Shown one piece after another: positions 1-10,237 of a stretch of DNA of 64,000 bases. Position numbers and translations under genes: made by a program. Under the pieces are notes generated by a model that saw only the letters and a list, made by a program, of their open reading frames with translations, did no database searches and was not told the DNA's origin. The stretch's first letter is position 1. The number at the start of each line of letters is the position of its first letter. Origin of the DNA: an uncultured Acidobacteriota bacterium (GTDB taxonomy: Bacteria > Acidobacteriota > UBA6911 > RPQK01); contig CAYQYP010000204.1 of the NCBI GenBank assembly GCA_964421755.1, positions 9,746 through 73,745 on the forward strand, read 5' to 3'.

Positions 1-918
1 GCCTTGGCGCATCTTCCTCGTCGGCACGCTGCGGTTGACCCAGGAACCGAGCGGGATCGACTGGTGGAACCAGGCGAAGAAGAAGAAGGTCCGGTCCTTG
101 ATGATAGGGCCGCTCACTTCGCCTTCCCACTCGTGCAGGATGTAAGGTGTCTTGGTTTTTGAGAAGTATTCTCTGCCGTTCATGGCCGAGTTCTCATGCT
201 TGTAATAAGCGGCGGCGTGCCAGGTGTCGGCACCGCGCTTCGAGATCATGTTGAAATTGGCCGCCCGGGCGCTGTCGGCACCCCCGTTGACCGGCGTCAC
301 TTGTACCGTCTCAAAGAAGGCCGGGTTGTCGTTCTGGTCGCCGGCGGTGTCGTTGGCAACCCCATCCATTGCCCAAGTCTGCTTGTTACGGTCCGAGATA
401 CCCGACATGACAAGGTTCCAGCCGTTTCCCTGGATTCCGGGCATGGTTGTCATCAAGGCCAGCGGCGAGGGATAGACATCCACCAGAGGCCTGTCGAGGA
501 ACTTCTTGGCTTCCAGCTCGCCGGAGATGGTGCCGGTTTCGGTGTTGATGGCGGCCGCTCCGGTCGTCACCGTGACCGTTTCGGACTGCATACCGACCTG
601 AAGCCCTACATCGAGACGGCGGACCTGGCCGGCGTCTACTTTGACGTCCTCGGCCACAAAGGAGCGGAACCCGGTCAAGTCAACTTTAACCCGGTAAAAC
701 CCCGGCTTCAGATCAGGCACCTCGAAGTTGCCGTAGGTGTCGGTTATCAGCTTCCGAACCTCGAGACTGGTTGCCTGGTCGATTACGACGATCTCTGCCC
801 CCGGAACTACTCCTCCGGATTGATCAGTGACCGTCCCCCTCAAGACGGACCTGTCGGTTTGAGCCACGGCCAAACCGACGGTAAGCAGGACGATGAGACC
901 CAGCAAACGCATTCGCAT
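1..918 (-). CDS. N-terminal part of a TonB-dependent-receptor-like outer membrane protein with a carboxypeptidase-regulatory-like N-domain. The gene continues beyond the window start.
   Basis: Reverse translation from the ATG at 918..916 gives MRMRLLGLIVLLTVGLAVAQ (signal peptide). It continues ...VTDQSGGVVPGAEIVV...GFYRVKVDLTGF, typical of a CarbopepD_reg beta-sandwich. An AGGAGG Shine-Dalgarno sits 5 nt upstream of the start. The track ORF 196..963(+) is its antisense shadow. Confidence 0.7.
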   Translation of the reverse strand, partial: MRMRLLGLIVLLTVGLAVAQTDRSVLRGTVTDQSGGVVPGAEIVVIDQATSLEVRKLITDTYGNFEVPDLKPGFYRVKVDLTGFRSFVAEDVKVDAGQVRRLDVGLQVGMQSETVTVTTGAAAINTETGTISGELEAKKFLDRPLVDVYPSPLALMTTMPGIQGNGWNLVMSGISDRNKQTWAMDGVANDTAGDQNDNPAFFETVQVTPVNGGADSARAANFNMISKRGADTWHAAAYYKHENSAMNGREYFSKTKTPYILHEWEGEVSGPIIKDRTFFFFAWFHQSIPLGSWVNRSVPTRKMRQG

Positions 919-1300
919 AGGGGACCTCCTCTGGGATGCACCTCCGAGACGAGCGAAGTCTAGTGGAACTGGCGAAACAGGAGAAGGAGTTTTTCGAACC
1001 AAGGGCTCTATTTCGCACTTCGAAAAAGAAAAGCCGGGTGAAATGAGGTTCGCAGATGAGCAGCCAGCTCTCAATCGCAGAGTTAAAACCACTGAATTTA
1101 CGGCACTTGACGCGCAGCGAGGGGAAACCAAACACCGGCACTAGCCGTGGGGGAACGGCTATTCTCCTGTCCGGTTGCGAGCCGACCAGCAAAGACCCGG
1201 GGAAAGTTGCCGGATCCCGCATTTCGTAGTACGAAAAATCAAGCGATCGAAACCAGGCGGGATCCGACTGAAGGCCCTGCGGCCCCGCCCCACGGCATCT

Positions 1301-1873
1301 TCAACTGTGGTCCCGAGAGCGCCGGAGCTGGCCGTTAACGCCGACCCGGGGCGGCTTCTCAAGGAGTCCCTCGAGGAGCTCCACCTGCCCTTCGAGGTGA
1401 AGGAGCCGGGTCCTTTTTTCCTGCAGCAGTCGAATCAATGAAGGCACCGGCTGGCTGCCATTTCCGTTATTGCCGCCGAATCTGCTTCGGCCATTGTCCC
1501 GCGTCGAAAACGGTCCGGCAAGTCGAAGATCAAGGCGAACCGATTGCGGCGTGACGCCGAACTGTTTTTTGAAAGAGCGGTGAAAATTCGAGCGGTCCTC
1601 GAACCCGACTCGCCTGGCAATTTCTGCGACCGTGAGGTCGGAGTGTTTCAATAGACGTTCCGCCTGTATGAGCCGGAGCTCCCCCACCAGGTTCTTGACC
1701 GATCGTCCGACGTTTTTGCGGAAGAGGTGCTGCAAGTGGCTTGGGGTAAGACGAGCCTCCTGAGCGAGATCAGACAGCAGGATCTTTGAGGTCGCATTCT
1801 GGCAGATTCGGCGAATTACGTAGCTGACTCTGGGGTCAAACGTGCTGCGAGTTCTCGATGTTTGCGAATGCAT
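1301..1873 (-). CDS. Short AraC/XylS-family transcriptional regulator, HTH domain only.
   Basis: HTH_18-type helix pair: ICQNATSKILLSDLAQEARLTPSHLQHLFRK...LTVAEIARRVGFEDRSNFHRSFKKQFGVTP. The C-terminal tail is low-complexity. Confidence 0.7.
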   Translation of the reverse strand: MHSQTSRTRSTFDPRVSYVIRRICQNATSKILLSDLAQEARLTPSHLQHLFRKNVGRSVKNLVGELRLIQAERLLKHSDLTVAEIARRVGFEDRSNFHRSFKKQFGVTPQSVRLDLRLAGPFSTRDNGRSRFGGNNGNGSQPVPSLIRLLQEKRTRLLHLEGQVELLEGLLEKPPRVGVNGQLRRSRDHS

Positions 1874-2207
1874 GTCTTGAGATTAGTGCGCCCACAAATG
1901 CGTTCGCAAATTTTTTTGTATATGCCAAAAAACCGCGGGATTTCGGGAACCAGAGGCGTCGCGAGGGCAGGCTGGGAGGGCCATTGTTCGTCCCGCGAAC
2001 CAGCCTGAGGTCCCCGAAATCTGCCGGCCGGCCGCACGTCCTAATGGTAACCGGCCATTGCTTTCACTACACCGATGTTTGCACCCGGAACCGGTCAGTT
2101 GGGAGGCCCCAGGCAGCTGCAATTCGGTTGTCGGTTGGCCTTATAGACGCTATACTTCCGCATTTGTGCAGAGGCGGCTTGGGAGTTGTCTGCCCTGAAG
2201 GAAGGTT

Positions 2208-2744
2208 ATGAGTCGAATTCGCAACCGTCGATTCTGGATGACCTCTGGTGTCGGTGTCCTTATCTCTCTGGCCGGATTGACGGCGAATCGTGTTTTCGCC
2301 GACGACGCGATGCCGAACATCGTGGTGTCGGTTGGCCTGAAGGTTCTCAGCATGCAGAAGCAGTTCAGCGGGAAGCCGGAGGGCATCACAGTGTTCGTGC
2401 TCGATGACGCGAACGTCGCCAAGGCGTTCCAGGCGAGTGTTAACACGACCGTTGGTTCCATGAAAGTGGCCCGAGTTCTTTCAGGCTCGGAGCTCCCGAC
2501 GGAAAAGCCGGATGTCCTTTTCATAGGCGGCAGAGACAAGGTCGAGGCGGCTATCGCCTATACCCGCACACAGAAGGTCCTGAGCATGGCCAGGAGCGAC
2601 AGACTGATTTCCAAGGGAGTCACTCTGACGGTTTACCAGACTCCGGACGGCAAAGCGCAGATCACGATGAACATGTCGGGGGCGTTGCTCGAAGGCGTGG
2701 ACATCAACCCGGCGACTCTCAAGGTGGCGAGCGTGGCCAAGTAA
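2208..2744 (+). CDS. YfiR-like (DUF4154) periplasmic protein with a signal peptide.
   Basis: Signal peptide MTSGVGVLISLAGLTANRVFA. The C-terminal segment DVLFIGG...KGVTLTVYQ...DGKAQITMNMSGALLEGVDINPATLKVA resembles the YfiR/DUF4154 fold. A GAAGG Shine-Dalgarno precedes the ATG. Confidence 0.55.
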   Translation: MSRIRNRRFWMTSGVGVLISLAGLTANRVFADDAMPNIVVSVGLKVLSMQKQFSGKPEGITVFVLDDANVAKAFQASVNTTVGSMKVARVLSGSELPTEKPDVLFIGGRDKVEAAIAYTRTQKVLSMARSDRLISKGVTLTVYQTPDGKAQITMNMSGALLEGVDINPATLKVASVAK

Positions 2745-2787
2745 GACTTGGCGCTCCAACTGACTATGGGCCACAGGTAACAAGACA

Positions 2788-4818
2788 ATGAACCTCTCAT
2801 CTATTCGAGTCAAAATCCTCTCGATCGTAATCGGCATTGGGGTGGTCTTCAGTCTGTTGCTGGCCTTTTACACGCCCTACCAGTCAAAGGTGATGGGAAA
2901 CGCCATCCTGCTCAAAAACGCCGAGTTCATAACCAATCTGCTCGCCGATAACCTGGCCCTGGGTATGCAGACCATCATCGTCGACGATGGTGCCGCTCTC
3001 AAGCAAACGCTTTCGCTGCTAAACGGTCGGGAGAATGAAGAAGCCATCTCCACGGTGCGGATTTTCGACGACCAGATGAAATACGTCGACGGGCTGAAGG
3101 GTGAGGCGCAGAAGGCCGTTCTCGGGCCGGTCGAGAGGATGTTGCTCGAAGATCAGGGCGACCGGTTGCTGGCCTGGACGCCGATGCGGGACGCCGATCG
3201 AAAGACCGTGGGGTATCTGGAGATCGAATTTTCCAAGGGATATCTGGAGGCGGCCAGTACCCAAAACGCCAGGCGTAACCTTCTGATCGCCGTAGCTGCC
3301 TTTGGACTCACCATGCTGATCACACTTTTGACCGTCGGCAAGGTTGTCCAGGCCATTCAACGCCTATCGGTCGCGGCACGGCACGTTACCTCGGGCAAGA
3401 TCGATGTTTCGATCGATGTCAACTCCCAGGACGAGGTGGGAAATCTGGCGGAATCGCTGCGGGAAATGATTCGGATTCAACGCGAACGGGCTGTTGCGGC
3501 CAACCGTTTCTCGCAGGGAGACCTGAGTGCCGAGGTGAGGACTATGGCCGACGACGATGTTCTGGGCAACGCCATGGTCCGGATGAAAGAAAAGATACAG
3601 TCAATGGTCGGCGAGATCCGGTTGCTCGCGTCCGCCGCAGTGGAAGGACGACTCGGCTATCGCGCCGATGTATCCCGCCACGGCGGCGAGTTTGCCGAGA
3701 TCATCAGCGGTGTAAACAACACGATGAGCGCGGTCATCGGTCCCATCAACGAGGCGTCCTCCGTGCTGGAGCGTGTTGCCGCAAAGGATCTGACCGCTCG
3801 CGTAGCCGGAAGCTACAAGGGTGAGTTGGTCACGATGACAGTGGCGATGAATACCGCTGTTGACAACCTGGACAAGGCGCTCCAACTGGTGGTTGCAGGG
3901 GCCGAGCAGGTTGCGTCCGCGTCCAGCCAGATCACCGGAAGCAGTCGCTCGCTGTCGGAGGGCGCCGGGCGTCAGGCCAGCACCCTGCAGGAGGTGTCGA
4001 GCAACCTCCAGGAGATGGCAGCCACAACCACGCAGAACGAATCAAGCGCCAAAGAAGCTCACCGGCTCTCAGCCGAAGCCCAGACGAGCGTAGACCACGG
4101 AATGGCGGACATGAAACGGCTGTCGGACGCCATCGCTCGGATCAAGGCTTCCTCCGATTCAACCGCAAAGATTGTAAAAACAATCAATGAAATTGCGTTT
4201 CAGACCAACCTGCTCGCCCTGAATGCCGCCGTTGAGGCGGCCCGGGCTGGCGACGCGGGTCGCGGGTTCTCGGTCGTGGCGGAAGAAGTGCGTAACCTGG
4301 CCATGCGCAGCGCCGACGCGGCAAGGAGCACGTCGAACCTGATCGAGGAGTCGGTAAGGAACGCGGAGGCGGGCGTCACCATCAATCACGACGTGGTCGG
4401 GAGCCTCTCCCAGATCGCCGGCCAGGTGACCGCCATGCGAAACGCGCTCGCCGAGATTGCGGCCGCATCCGAACAGCAGAGCCTCGGCCTGCATCAGGTG
4501 AACACCGCGGTCGAGCAGATCAACCAGGTAACCCAGCAGACCGCGGCGAGCGCCGAGGAGTGCGCCAGCGCAGCTTTCGAGTTAAACCAGGAAGCGGACG
4601 AAATGAAGCGGATGGTCTCAATGTTCCACTTGAGCGGCGGGGAGCTACACAAAGACCGCGAAGAACAGGGACTTGACAGCCTGCAGATGGGGTCGAAGCC
4701 GCTTGTCCCGGGCAACGGCGCTCAAAAACGCCTGAATCCTAACCCTCTGCTCCCCGGGGCGGGCAGGACCATTGAGGCAGCAATCTCCCGCCGGACAGAC
4801 CGATACACCGGGATCTGA
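2788..4818 (+). CDS. Methyl-accepting chemotaxis protein with an N-terminal transmembrane helix, a periplasmic sensor region, HAMP repeats and an MCP signalling domain.
   Basis: Transmembrane helix [18 protein letters not shown]. Second transmembrane helix [23 protein letters not shown]-like segments. Conserved MCP core [43 protein letters not shown]. Confidence 0.9.
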   Translation: MNLSSIRVKILSIVIGIGVVFSLLLAFYTPYQSKVMGNAILLKNAEFITNLLADNLALGMQTIIVDDGAALKQTLSLLNGRENEEAISTVRIFDDQMKYVDGLKGEAQKAVLGPVERMLLEDQGDRLLAWTPMRDADRKTVGYLEIEFSKGYLEAASTQNARRNLLIAVAAFGLTMLITLLTVGKVVQAIQRLSVAARHVTSGKIDVSIDVNSQDEVGNLAESLREMIRIQRERAVAANRFSQGDLSAEVRTMADDDVLGNAMVRMKEKIQSMVGEIRLLASAAVEGRLGYRADVSRHGGEFAEIISGVNNTMSAVIGPINEASSVLERVAAKDLTARVAGSYKGELVTMTVAMNTAVDNLDKALQLVVAGAEQVASASSQITGSSRSLSEGAGRQASTLQEVSSNLQEMAATTTQNESSAKEAHRLSAEAQTSVDHGMADMKRLSDAIARIKASSDSTAKIVKTINEIAFQTNLLALNAAVEAARAGDAGRGFSVVAEEVRNLAMRSADAARSTSNLIEESVRNAEAGVTINHDVVGSLSQIAGQVTAMRNALAEIAAASEQQSLGLHQVNTAVEQINQVTQQTAASAEECASAAFELNQEADEMKRMVSMFHLSGGELHKDREEQGLDSLQMGSKPLVPGNGAQKRLNPNPLLPGAGRTIEAAISRRTDRYTGI

Positions 4819-4857
4819 GGTCGTGGAAAAGTCAGCCAAAAGCTGGGGCTTCCTTGC

Positions 4858-5271
4858 CTATCCAACCAGCGCAAAAGTGTTGGGCGCGACCCGCTTGAAG
4901 CGACGACCGAGTTGTATGTAGCGCTGCAAAGCCGTCGTCACCGCACTCGGACTGACGTAAACGCCTACCGTCTTGATCCGCTCGGCCAACTCCTTGACAT
5001 GCAGTGGCTCTCCGCTTTCCCGGAGCGTCTGTTCGACAGCATCGGGAATCGAAATCCCCGCCTTCTTTCGAGAGCGGGCTGCCCCTGCACGGGGACTCTC
5101 CGGGCTTTTCTGCTCGGTCAGGTCGGCCTCGGGCATGCCGTGGCGCAACAGAGTCTCCAGTAAATCCACCTGAGCCTGCAACCTGATCAGTTCGGTCTTC
5201 TTCTCCCGCAGCAGTTCCTGCAGCTCATTCATATAGCGAGTGTAGCACGATTTGCCACTCTCTATATACAA
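4858..5271 (-). CDS. Hypothetical protein with an N-terminal coiled coil and a C-terminal winged-helix domain (HARE-HTH/Mrr-N-like).
   Basis: Sequence ELQELLREKKTELIRLQAQVDLLETLL followed by ISIPDAVEQTLRESGEPLHVKELAERIKTVGVYVSPSAVTTALQRYI. The true start may be the internal MNELQ at ~5232. Confidence 0.45.
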   Translation of the reverse strand: MYIESGKSCYTRYMNELQELLREKKTELIRLQAQVDLLETLLRHGMPEADLTEQKSPESPRAGAARSRKKAGISIPDAVEQTLRESGEPLHVKELAERIKTVGVYVSPSAVTTALQRYIQLGRRFKRVAPNTFALVG

Positions 5272-5297
5272 ATAAACTTAACTGATTCGGCAACCTC

Positions 5298-5406
5298 GGA
5301 AGGGGCAAAGGGGCAAAGGGATAAAGGGGTAAGGCAAAATCACTTTGTTGACACTTTTGTGCGCTTTGCCCCTCTGCCCCTTTGCCCCTTTGCCCCTTTG
5401 CCCCTG
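5298..5406. repeat. Inverted repeat built from tandem GGGGCAAA-type octamers, with G-quadruplex-compatible G-runs on both strands.
   Basis: Left arm 5298-5335: GGAAGGGGCAAAGGGGCAAAGGGATAAAGGGGTAAGG. A 25-nt spacer contains TTGACA. Right arm 5361-5406: CGCTTTGCCCCTCTGCCCCTTTGCCCCTTTGCCCCTTTGCCCCTGG. The arms are imperfect reverse complements of each other. Confidence 0.8.
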
Positions 5407-5415
5407 GTCTTTCCG

Positions 5416-6483
5416 CTAGATCCCTGGGTACCAAGTCAGGGCGTTTGTGCGGTAGATCTTGTGGAGCACCGCGCCAGGCAAGGCCAAGCCTCGCACGCGC
5501 GTCTCTGTGGACCCGACGCGAGCCTCTTCGGATGTTGCGAAGTATTTCCAATCCTCTGTCCACCTGGCACGCAACCGCGCGCATACCGCCTTCGGATCCT
5601 GGCCTTCGTTCATCTCCAAGTCGGTTGCATACAGCACCCGGTCCTGGTATTTCATTAAGAACTCCTTCACTGCCTTCGGATCCAGAAGCTGCAGATCGTC
5701 CACCCGTGCGGCGAGGTCCACAGCGAGATTCGGAAACCGATCAAGCCGCTTGGCCAGTTCCGCGACGCTCCATTCAAGGCTGGCCAGGTGCGCCCCTACA
5801 TAACGGAGTTTTGGATGCCTGGAAAGCACCTGCTCAACCGCCCGAATATGGGCCTCGTAGGGGGGATATTCGGGATGCAAGTACATGTGGTACTGCGGAT
5901 GTGCGCCATAATACCGCCGGTTACTTTCCGAGAGCATCCGGTCAAGAGGCAGCCAGCAGTCCTTTGGTTCACCGATATGTGCAGTCAGCGTTTTTCCCTC
6001 GCTGGCTATGTAATCGAAAATCGGGTCAAACCGGGGATCGTCGATCATGACGAACCGGCCCGTTTTGTCGCGAAACTCCATTCCGATGTTCTTCCAGACC
6101 TTGACGCCTATGGCGCCCTCTCTGAAAGAGGTTTGCAGGAGCTTGATTGTCTTTTGTGTCCAGTCCGGCTCGTCCGATCCGCTTATCGGGAATGTCGTAA
6201 CGAAGCGGAAACGATTGGGATGAAGGCGCTGTTGCTTCCTGATGAACTCCAGTTGTGGCGGGACCGGCTGGCTGTCCACGGCAATCACGATCGCTTTAAA
6301 GCGGTCGGCTGCGACCTGGTTCAGGAACTCCGGGCCAGATGACCGGACATGCAGGTGAGCGTCGATCTTGTCGAACGTCCGAAAGTCAGGCCCGGGCCCT
6401 TTTTGCCCGAGCATCGAAGCGGTAAACAGACAAGACGAGCTGTACACGAGCCAATTTCTGCGAGTGATCTTTTCAAAACTCAT
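5416..6483 (-). CDS. Amidohydrolase-2 family metal-dependent TIM-barrel hydrolase, possibly exported.
   Basis: N-terminus RRNWLVYSSSCLFTASML is TAT/Sec-like. DAHLHV metal-binding motif. The layout fits Amidohydrolase_2, which includes decarboxylases and lactonases of sugar-acid and aromatic pathways. Confidence 0.75.
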   Translation of the reverse strand: MSFEKITRRNWLVYSSSCLFTASMLGQKGPGPDFRTFDKIDAHLHVRSSGPEFLNQVAADRFKAIVIAVDSQPVPPQLEFIRKQQRLHPNRFRFVTTFPISGSDEPDWTQKTIKLLQTSFREGAIGVKVWKNIGMEFRDKTGRFVMIDDPRFDPIFDYIASEGKTLTAHIGEPKDCWLPLDRMLSESNRRYYGAHPQYHMYLHPEYPPYEAHIRAVEQVLSRHPKLRYVGAHLASLEWSVAELAKRLDRFPNLAVDLAARVDDLQLLDPKAVKEFLMKYQDRVLYATDLEMNEGQDPKAVCARLRARWTEDWKYFATSEEARVGSTETRVRGLALPGAVLHKIYRTNALTWYPGI

Positions 6484-6649
6484 GGCAGGATGCTACAACA
6501 ACTGCCCACGCAGACGTCAGCAACTTTTAACCGGCCTCCTCGCCAACCGGTCCAAGCAAATCGCGCTCTCCTTGACTTTCCGTTCTCTGGTTCTTAACAT
6601 TTCGCGCAGCAGTGAAACGGACAATTCCACAATAAGAAATGGGGCGACT

Positions 6650-7420
6650 ATGAACGTACTCGAGCAGTTTCGTCTGGACGGGAAAGTGGCTGTGGTGACT
6701 GGTTGCGGACGCTCGAATGGGCTGGGCTTTGCGATGGCGGAGGCGCTGGCCGAAGCAGGCGCCGACATCGTCGGCGTCGACCTGGTGGATCTTACCGAAA
6801 CACGTGTCGCGATCGAAAAAAAGAAGAAGCGCTTTCTAGGCCTTCAGGTGGACCTCGGTGCGCCCGGAGTCGTGGTGGATGTCGCGAACAAGGCGCAATC
6901 GGCAATGGGACGGATCGACATCCTGGTCAACAATGCAGGCATCATCCGGCGGACACCGGCCGTTGATTTCTCGGAGAAAGACTGGGATGACATCATCCAG
7001 GTAAATTTGCGTGCGGTCTTTTTCCTTTCACAGGCGGTCGCGCGAGTCTTCCTTCAGCAGGGCAACGGCGGGAAGATCATCAATATCGCCTCCATGTTGT
7101 CTTTCCAGGGCGGAGTTCTGGTCCCCGCTTATACGGCGAGCAAGAGTGCAGTGGCTGGCGTCACCCGTGCTCTGGCCTGTGAGTGGGCCAAGTGCCGGAT
7201 CAACGTGAACGCCATCGCGCCCGGCTACATGGCGACCGACAACACGGCGCCGCTCCGGGCGGACCCGGCGCGCAGCGCCACCATACTGGACCGAATCCCG
7301 GCCGCCCGTTGGGGAGAGAATTCGGATTTGAGGGGCGCGGTGGTCTTTCTCGCCTCCGGCGCATCCGATTACGTCAATGGCCATATTTTGGCGGTCGACG
7401 GTGGCTGGCTGGCTCGTTAG
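6650..7420 (+). CDS. Short-chain dehydrogenase/reductase similar to 2-dehydro-3-deoxy-D-gluconate 5-dehydrogenase KduD.
   Basis: Starts at the ATG at 6650: MNVLEQFRLDGKVAVVTGCGRSNGLGFAMA (TGxxxGxG). NNAG motif present. YTASKSAV catalytic YxxxK. The C-terminal GHILAVDGGW is KduD-like. Confidence 0.85.
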   Translation: MNVLEQFRLDGKVAVVTGCGRSNGLGFAMAEALAEAGADIVGVDLVDLTETRVAIEKKKKRFLGLQVDLGAPGVVVDVANKAQSAMGRIDILVNNAGIIRRTPAVDFSEKDWDDIIQVNLRAVFFLSQAVARVFLQQGNGGKIINIASMLSFQGGVLVPAYTASKSAVAGVTRALACEWAKCRINVNAIAPGYMATDNTAPLRADPARSATILDRIPAARWGENSDLRGAVVFLASGASDYVNGHILAVDGGWLAR

Positions 7421-7492
7421 CTCCTGAACTGGAGTATCATGGCGCAGAGAGAAGATCCTGAACTAGTGACTTGTATCCAGAAGGAGCCAGAA

Positions 7493-8752
7493 ATGAATCG
7501 ACGTCGGTTTTTGGGACAGGTTGTGGTTGGGGCGGGCGCTGCGTCGTTGTGGACGGCGAGAAGCTACGGGGCAATTCAGGGCGCGAACGAACGGTTGCGG
7601 ATCGGTGTGATCGGCTGCGGTGGCATGGCGAACGGCCACATGGATGCCCTCCTGAAGATGAAGGCCTCCGACAACATAGATATCGTCGGTGTCTGCGACG
7701 TTTACACGAAGCGGCTGGATGCGGCAGCGGCCAAGACCGGGGGAAAGCCGTACAAGACGTATCAGGAACTCCTTGGGCAAAAGGACATCGACTACGTCCT
7801 GATTGCCACTCCCGAGCATTGGCACCATCGAATGGCACTGGATGCCCTGGATGCCGGCAAGCATGTCTACGTCGAGAAGCCGTTGACCCACACGATCGAT
7901 CAGGCAAAAGACGTCGTGGCCAAGGTGAAGGCGGGTAAGCTGAAGCTTCAGGTGGGCGTACAGGGCATGTCCGACGAATCATACGAAGTGGCCAACGACT
8001 ACATTAAGCAAGGGGCTCTGGGCAAAGTTGTCATGGCCCAGATTGACTACTCGCGCAACTACGTCGGCGATTTCTGGGCCTATGAGATGGACACGGAGGC
8101 TAAACCCGGGGTCAACCTGGATTGGGAAGCCTGGCTGGGGCCGGCACCCAAGCGTCCGTGGGATCCTCGGCGCTATTTTCAGTGGCGGCGTTACTGGGAT
8201 TACTCGGGCGGAATCGCCACGGACTTGTTCATCCACCGCGTAACGCGCATTTTGAAGGCGGCAGCGTTGACGTTTCCCGAGTATGTCGTCGGAACGGGCG
8301 GGAAGTTCAATTTCGTCGACAGCGTCGCCGAAATCCCTGACACCTTCAACATGCTGTGCGATTATCCGGGCGGGCCAACTGTTTCCCTGGTCTCGTCGAT
8401 GGCGAACGACACACCCGTGGATCACGTCATTCGCGGACACAAAGCCACCCTCGAATTCAACCGGACAGGCTTTGTCATCACGCCGCAACAGACCAGCAAA
8501 GAGGACGTCATCACACCGGCCGCCGGCGCCAAAGACGAACAGGGACGAATCACCTACCAAAAGAAGGGCGCCGAGGACGTGACCCTGCACCATCGCAACC
8601 TCCAGGCAGCCATTCGCAAAGACGAGAAGCTGCGTTGCGACGCTGACCTCGGGTACTACGGAGTCGTGGTCACAATGATGGGGGTCGAGTCGTACCGAAA
8701 GCGCGCCTACCTGAAATGGGACCGGGCGCGGCAGAAAGCAGTTGTCGCCTGA
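7493..8752 (+). CDS. Gfo/Idh/MocA-family NAD-binding oxidoreductase with a twin-arginine signal, possibly GH109-like.
   Basis: AAGGAG Shine-Dalgarno 7 nt before the ATG at 7493. TAT motif [20 protein letters not shown]. Rossmann segment [17 protein letters not shown] motif present. Confidence 0.85.
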   Translation: MNRRRFLGQVVVGAGAASLWTARSYGAIQGANERLRIGVIGCGGMANGHMDALLKMKASDNIDIVGVCDVYTKRLDAAAAKTGGKPYKTYQELLGQKDIDYVLIATPEHWHHRMALDALDAGKHVYVEKPLTHTIDQAKDVVAKVKAGKLKLQVGVQGMSDESYEVANDYIKQGALGKVVMAQIDYSRNYVGDFWAYEMDTEAKPGVNLDWEAWLGPAPKRPWDPRRYFQWRRYWDYSGGIATDLFIHRVTRILKAAALTFPEYVVGTGGKFNFVDSVAEIPDTFNMLCDYPGGPTVSLVSSMANDTPVDHVIRGHKATLEFNRTGFVITPQQTSKEDVITPAAGAKDEQGRITYQKKGAEDVTLHHRNLQAAIRKDEKLRCDADLGYYGVVVTMMGVESYRKRAYLKWDRARQKAVVA

Positions 8753-8884
8753 TTTCGGAATGCGGATTGCGGATTGCGGAATAAGAGGCAAGAGCGATAG
8801 GGCAACGGAGTGCCTGGCACTCCGAACTTTCGGCTGTCGCAGGTTTTCTATTACGCAATCGTGTTCCCCGTGTCTTCGTGATCA

Positions 8885-10237
8885 ATGCCTTTCCTACAGC
8901 AGGAATCAACCATGTCCGATAACAAAACAGTCTCACCGGAATCGAGCCTGGCCATCGACGGAGGCCAGCCCGTCCGCACCGCGCCGTTACCTCTCGAGTT
9001 CCCTGGGGTGCACCACATGGACGAAGAGGAGGTCGAGGCCGTTGTGCAAGTGCTTCGGTCGCGGTCGCTCTTTCGCTACTACGGCATAGAGCCGCAGAAG
9101 CAGGTTGAGCAGTTTGAGGCGGATTTCGCGAAATTCATCGGGGTCAGGCACGCCCTCGCCGTCAGCAGCGGCACAGGAGCGCTGCACGTAGCCCTGGGCG
9201 CGCTGGGGGTCGGCCCGGGTAAGGAAGTGATCATCCCGGCTTATCTCTGGGTGGCCGTTGCTTCTGCCGTCGTCAACAACGGCGGGATCCCGGTGCTTGC
9301 TGACATCGACAGCTCATTTTGCCTCGATCCCTCGAAGCTCGGTCAGTACATCACGGACAAGACTGCCGGCGTCGTCCTGATCCATATGAGTGGTGCTCCG
9401 GGTAACGCGTCGGCTGTGCGGGATATCACCCGGGACAAAGGCGTCTTCCTGCTCGAAGACTGTGCGCAGTGTGCGGGGGGAAGAATTAATGGCCAGAGCG
9501 TGGGCACCTTCGGGAACATGGCGATCTTCAGCTTTCAGATGAACAAGAACATGACGGCCGGTGAAGGCGGTTGCGTGGTCACGAACGACGTTCGTCTGTA
9601 CCGTCGGGCATTTGCATGCCATGACTTGGGATACGCGCGGGATGAGAACGGGCGCCTCCAGTTCGAGGACCCGGAGTTGTGTCTTTGGGGCAGGGGGTAC
9701 CGCCTGGACGAGCTGCGAGCCGCGGTGCTGCGGGTTCAGCTGCGGAAGCTTCCGGCCATCATCGGGCGCATGCGGGCCAGCAAGTACAGGATACGTGCCG
9801 CCTTAGCAGAATTCCCTCAGGTTCAACTGCGCACCATTGTCGATCCGGCTGGAGATACGGGCTGCTTCCTGATAACAACTTACCGTGATCAGGCGACGGC
9901 CGCCCGGGTCAATGCCGCCTTGCGGGCTGAAGGCCTGGTCACGTGGCCCCAGGGGATCTCGAACGTCCTCATGACCCAGTGGGGACTTCACCTGTACTAC
10001 AACATCCCCAGCCTTGTCGGCCGAACGAGCGTGGATGGCCGTGGATTTCCCTGGAGCCTGCCAGCAAACACGGGGTTGGGCGGTCAGTACGCCAAGGGAA
10101 GCTGTCCGGTCGCAGATGACCTGTTCTCGAGAAGCGTCTTGCTGGCGATTCCGTCTTGCCTTACCGAGAAGGACGAGGACGACATCATCGCGGGGTTCCG
10201 AAAAGTGCTGCGGGAACCACGGACGAACACGGACTAA
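8885..10237 (+). CDS. DegT/DnrJ/EryC1/StrS-family PLP-dependent aminotransferase or dehydratase.
   Basis: N-terminal segment EEEVEAVVQVLRSRSLFRY...VSSGTGALHVALGALGV. FQMNKNMTAGEGG is the PLP-lysine region. The C-terminal extension is longer than usual. The start could alternatively be 8912. Confidence 0.85.
   Translation: MPFLQQESTMSDNKTVSPESSLAIDGGQPVRTAPLPLEFPGVHHMDEEEVEAVVQVLRSRSLFRYYGIEPQKQVEQFEADFAKFIGVRHALAVSSGTGALHVALGALGVGPGKEVIIPAYLWVAVASAVVNNGGIPVLADIDSSFCLDPSKLGQYITDKTAGVVLIHMSGAPGNASAVRDITRDKGVFLLEDCAQCAGGRINGQSVGTFGNMAIFSFQMNKNMTAGEGGCVVTNDVRLYRRAFACHDLGYARDENGRLQFEDPELCLWGRGYRLDELRAAVLRVQLRKLPAIIGRMRASKYRIRAALAEFPQVQLRTIVDPAGDTGCFLITTYRDQATAARVNAALRAEGLVTWPQGISNVLMTQWGLHLYYNIPSLVGRTSVDGRGFPWSLPANTGLGGQYAKGSCPVADDLFSRSVLLAIPSCLTEKDEDDIIAGFRKVLREPRTNTD

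Noticed and set aside
196-963. 255-aa plus-strand ORF (and the overlapping 224..475 and 893..1144 ORFs).
   Set aside because: It is antisense to a well-supported minus-strand TonB-receptor-like gene with a signal peptide and a Shine-Dalgarno-preceded ATG at 918. The translation is low-complexity and Gly/Arg-rich, typical of high-GC shadow ORFs.
5382-6342. Plus-strand ORFs 5382..6050, 5459..5803 and 5788..6342.
   Set aside because: They are antisense shadows of the amidohydrolase gene (complement 5416..6483), which has clear family motifs.
7437-8791. Minus-strand ORFs 7437..7982, 7463..7891 and 7979..8791, and plus-strand ORFs 7471..7938 and 8283..8646.
   Set aside because: They overlap the Gfo/Idh/MocA gene, which has a canonical TAT signal and Rossmann motif. 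They are compositionally biased shadows.
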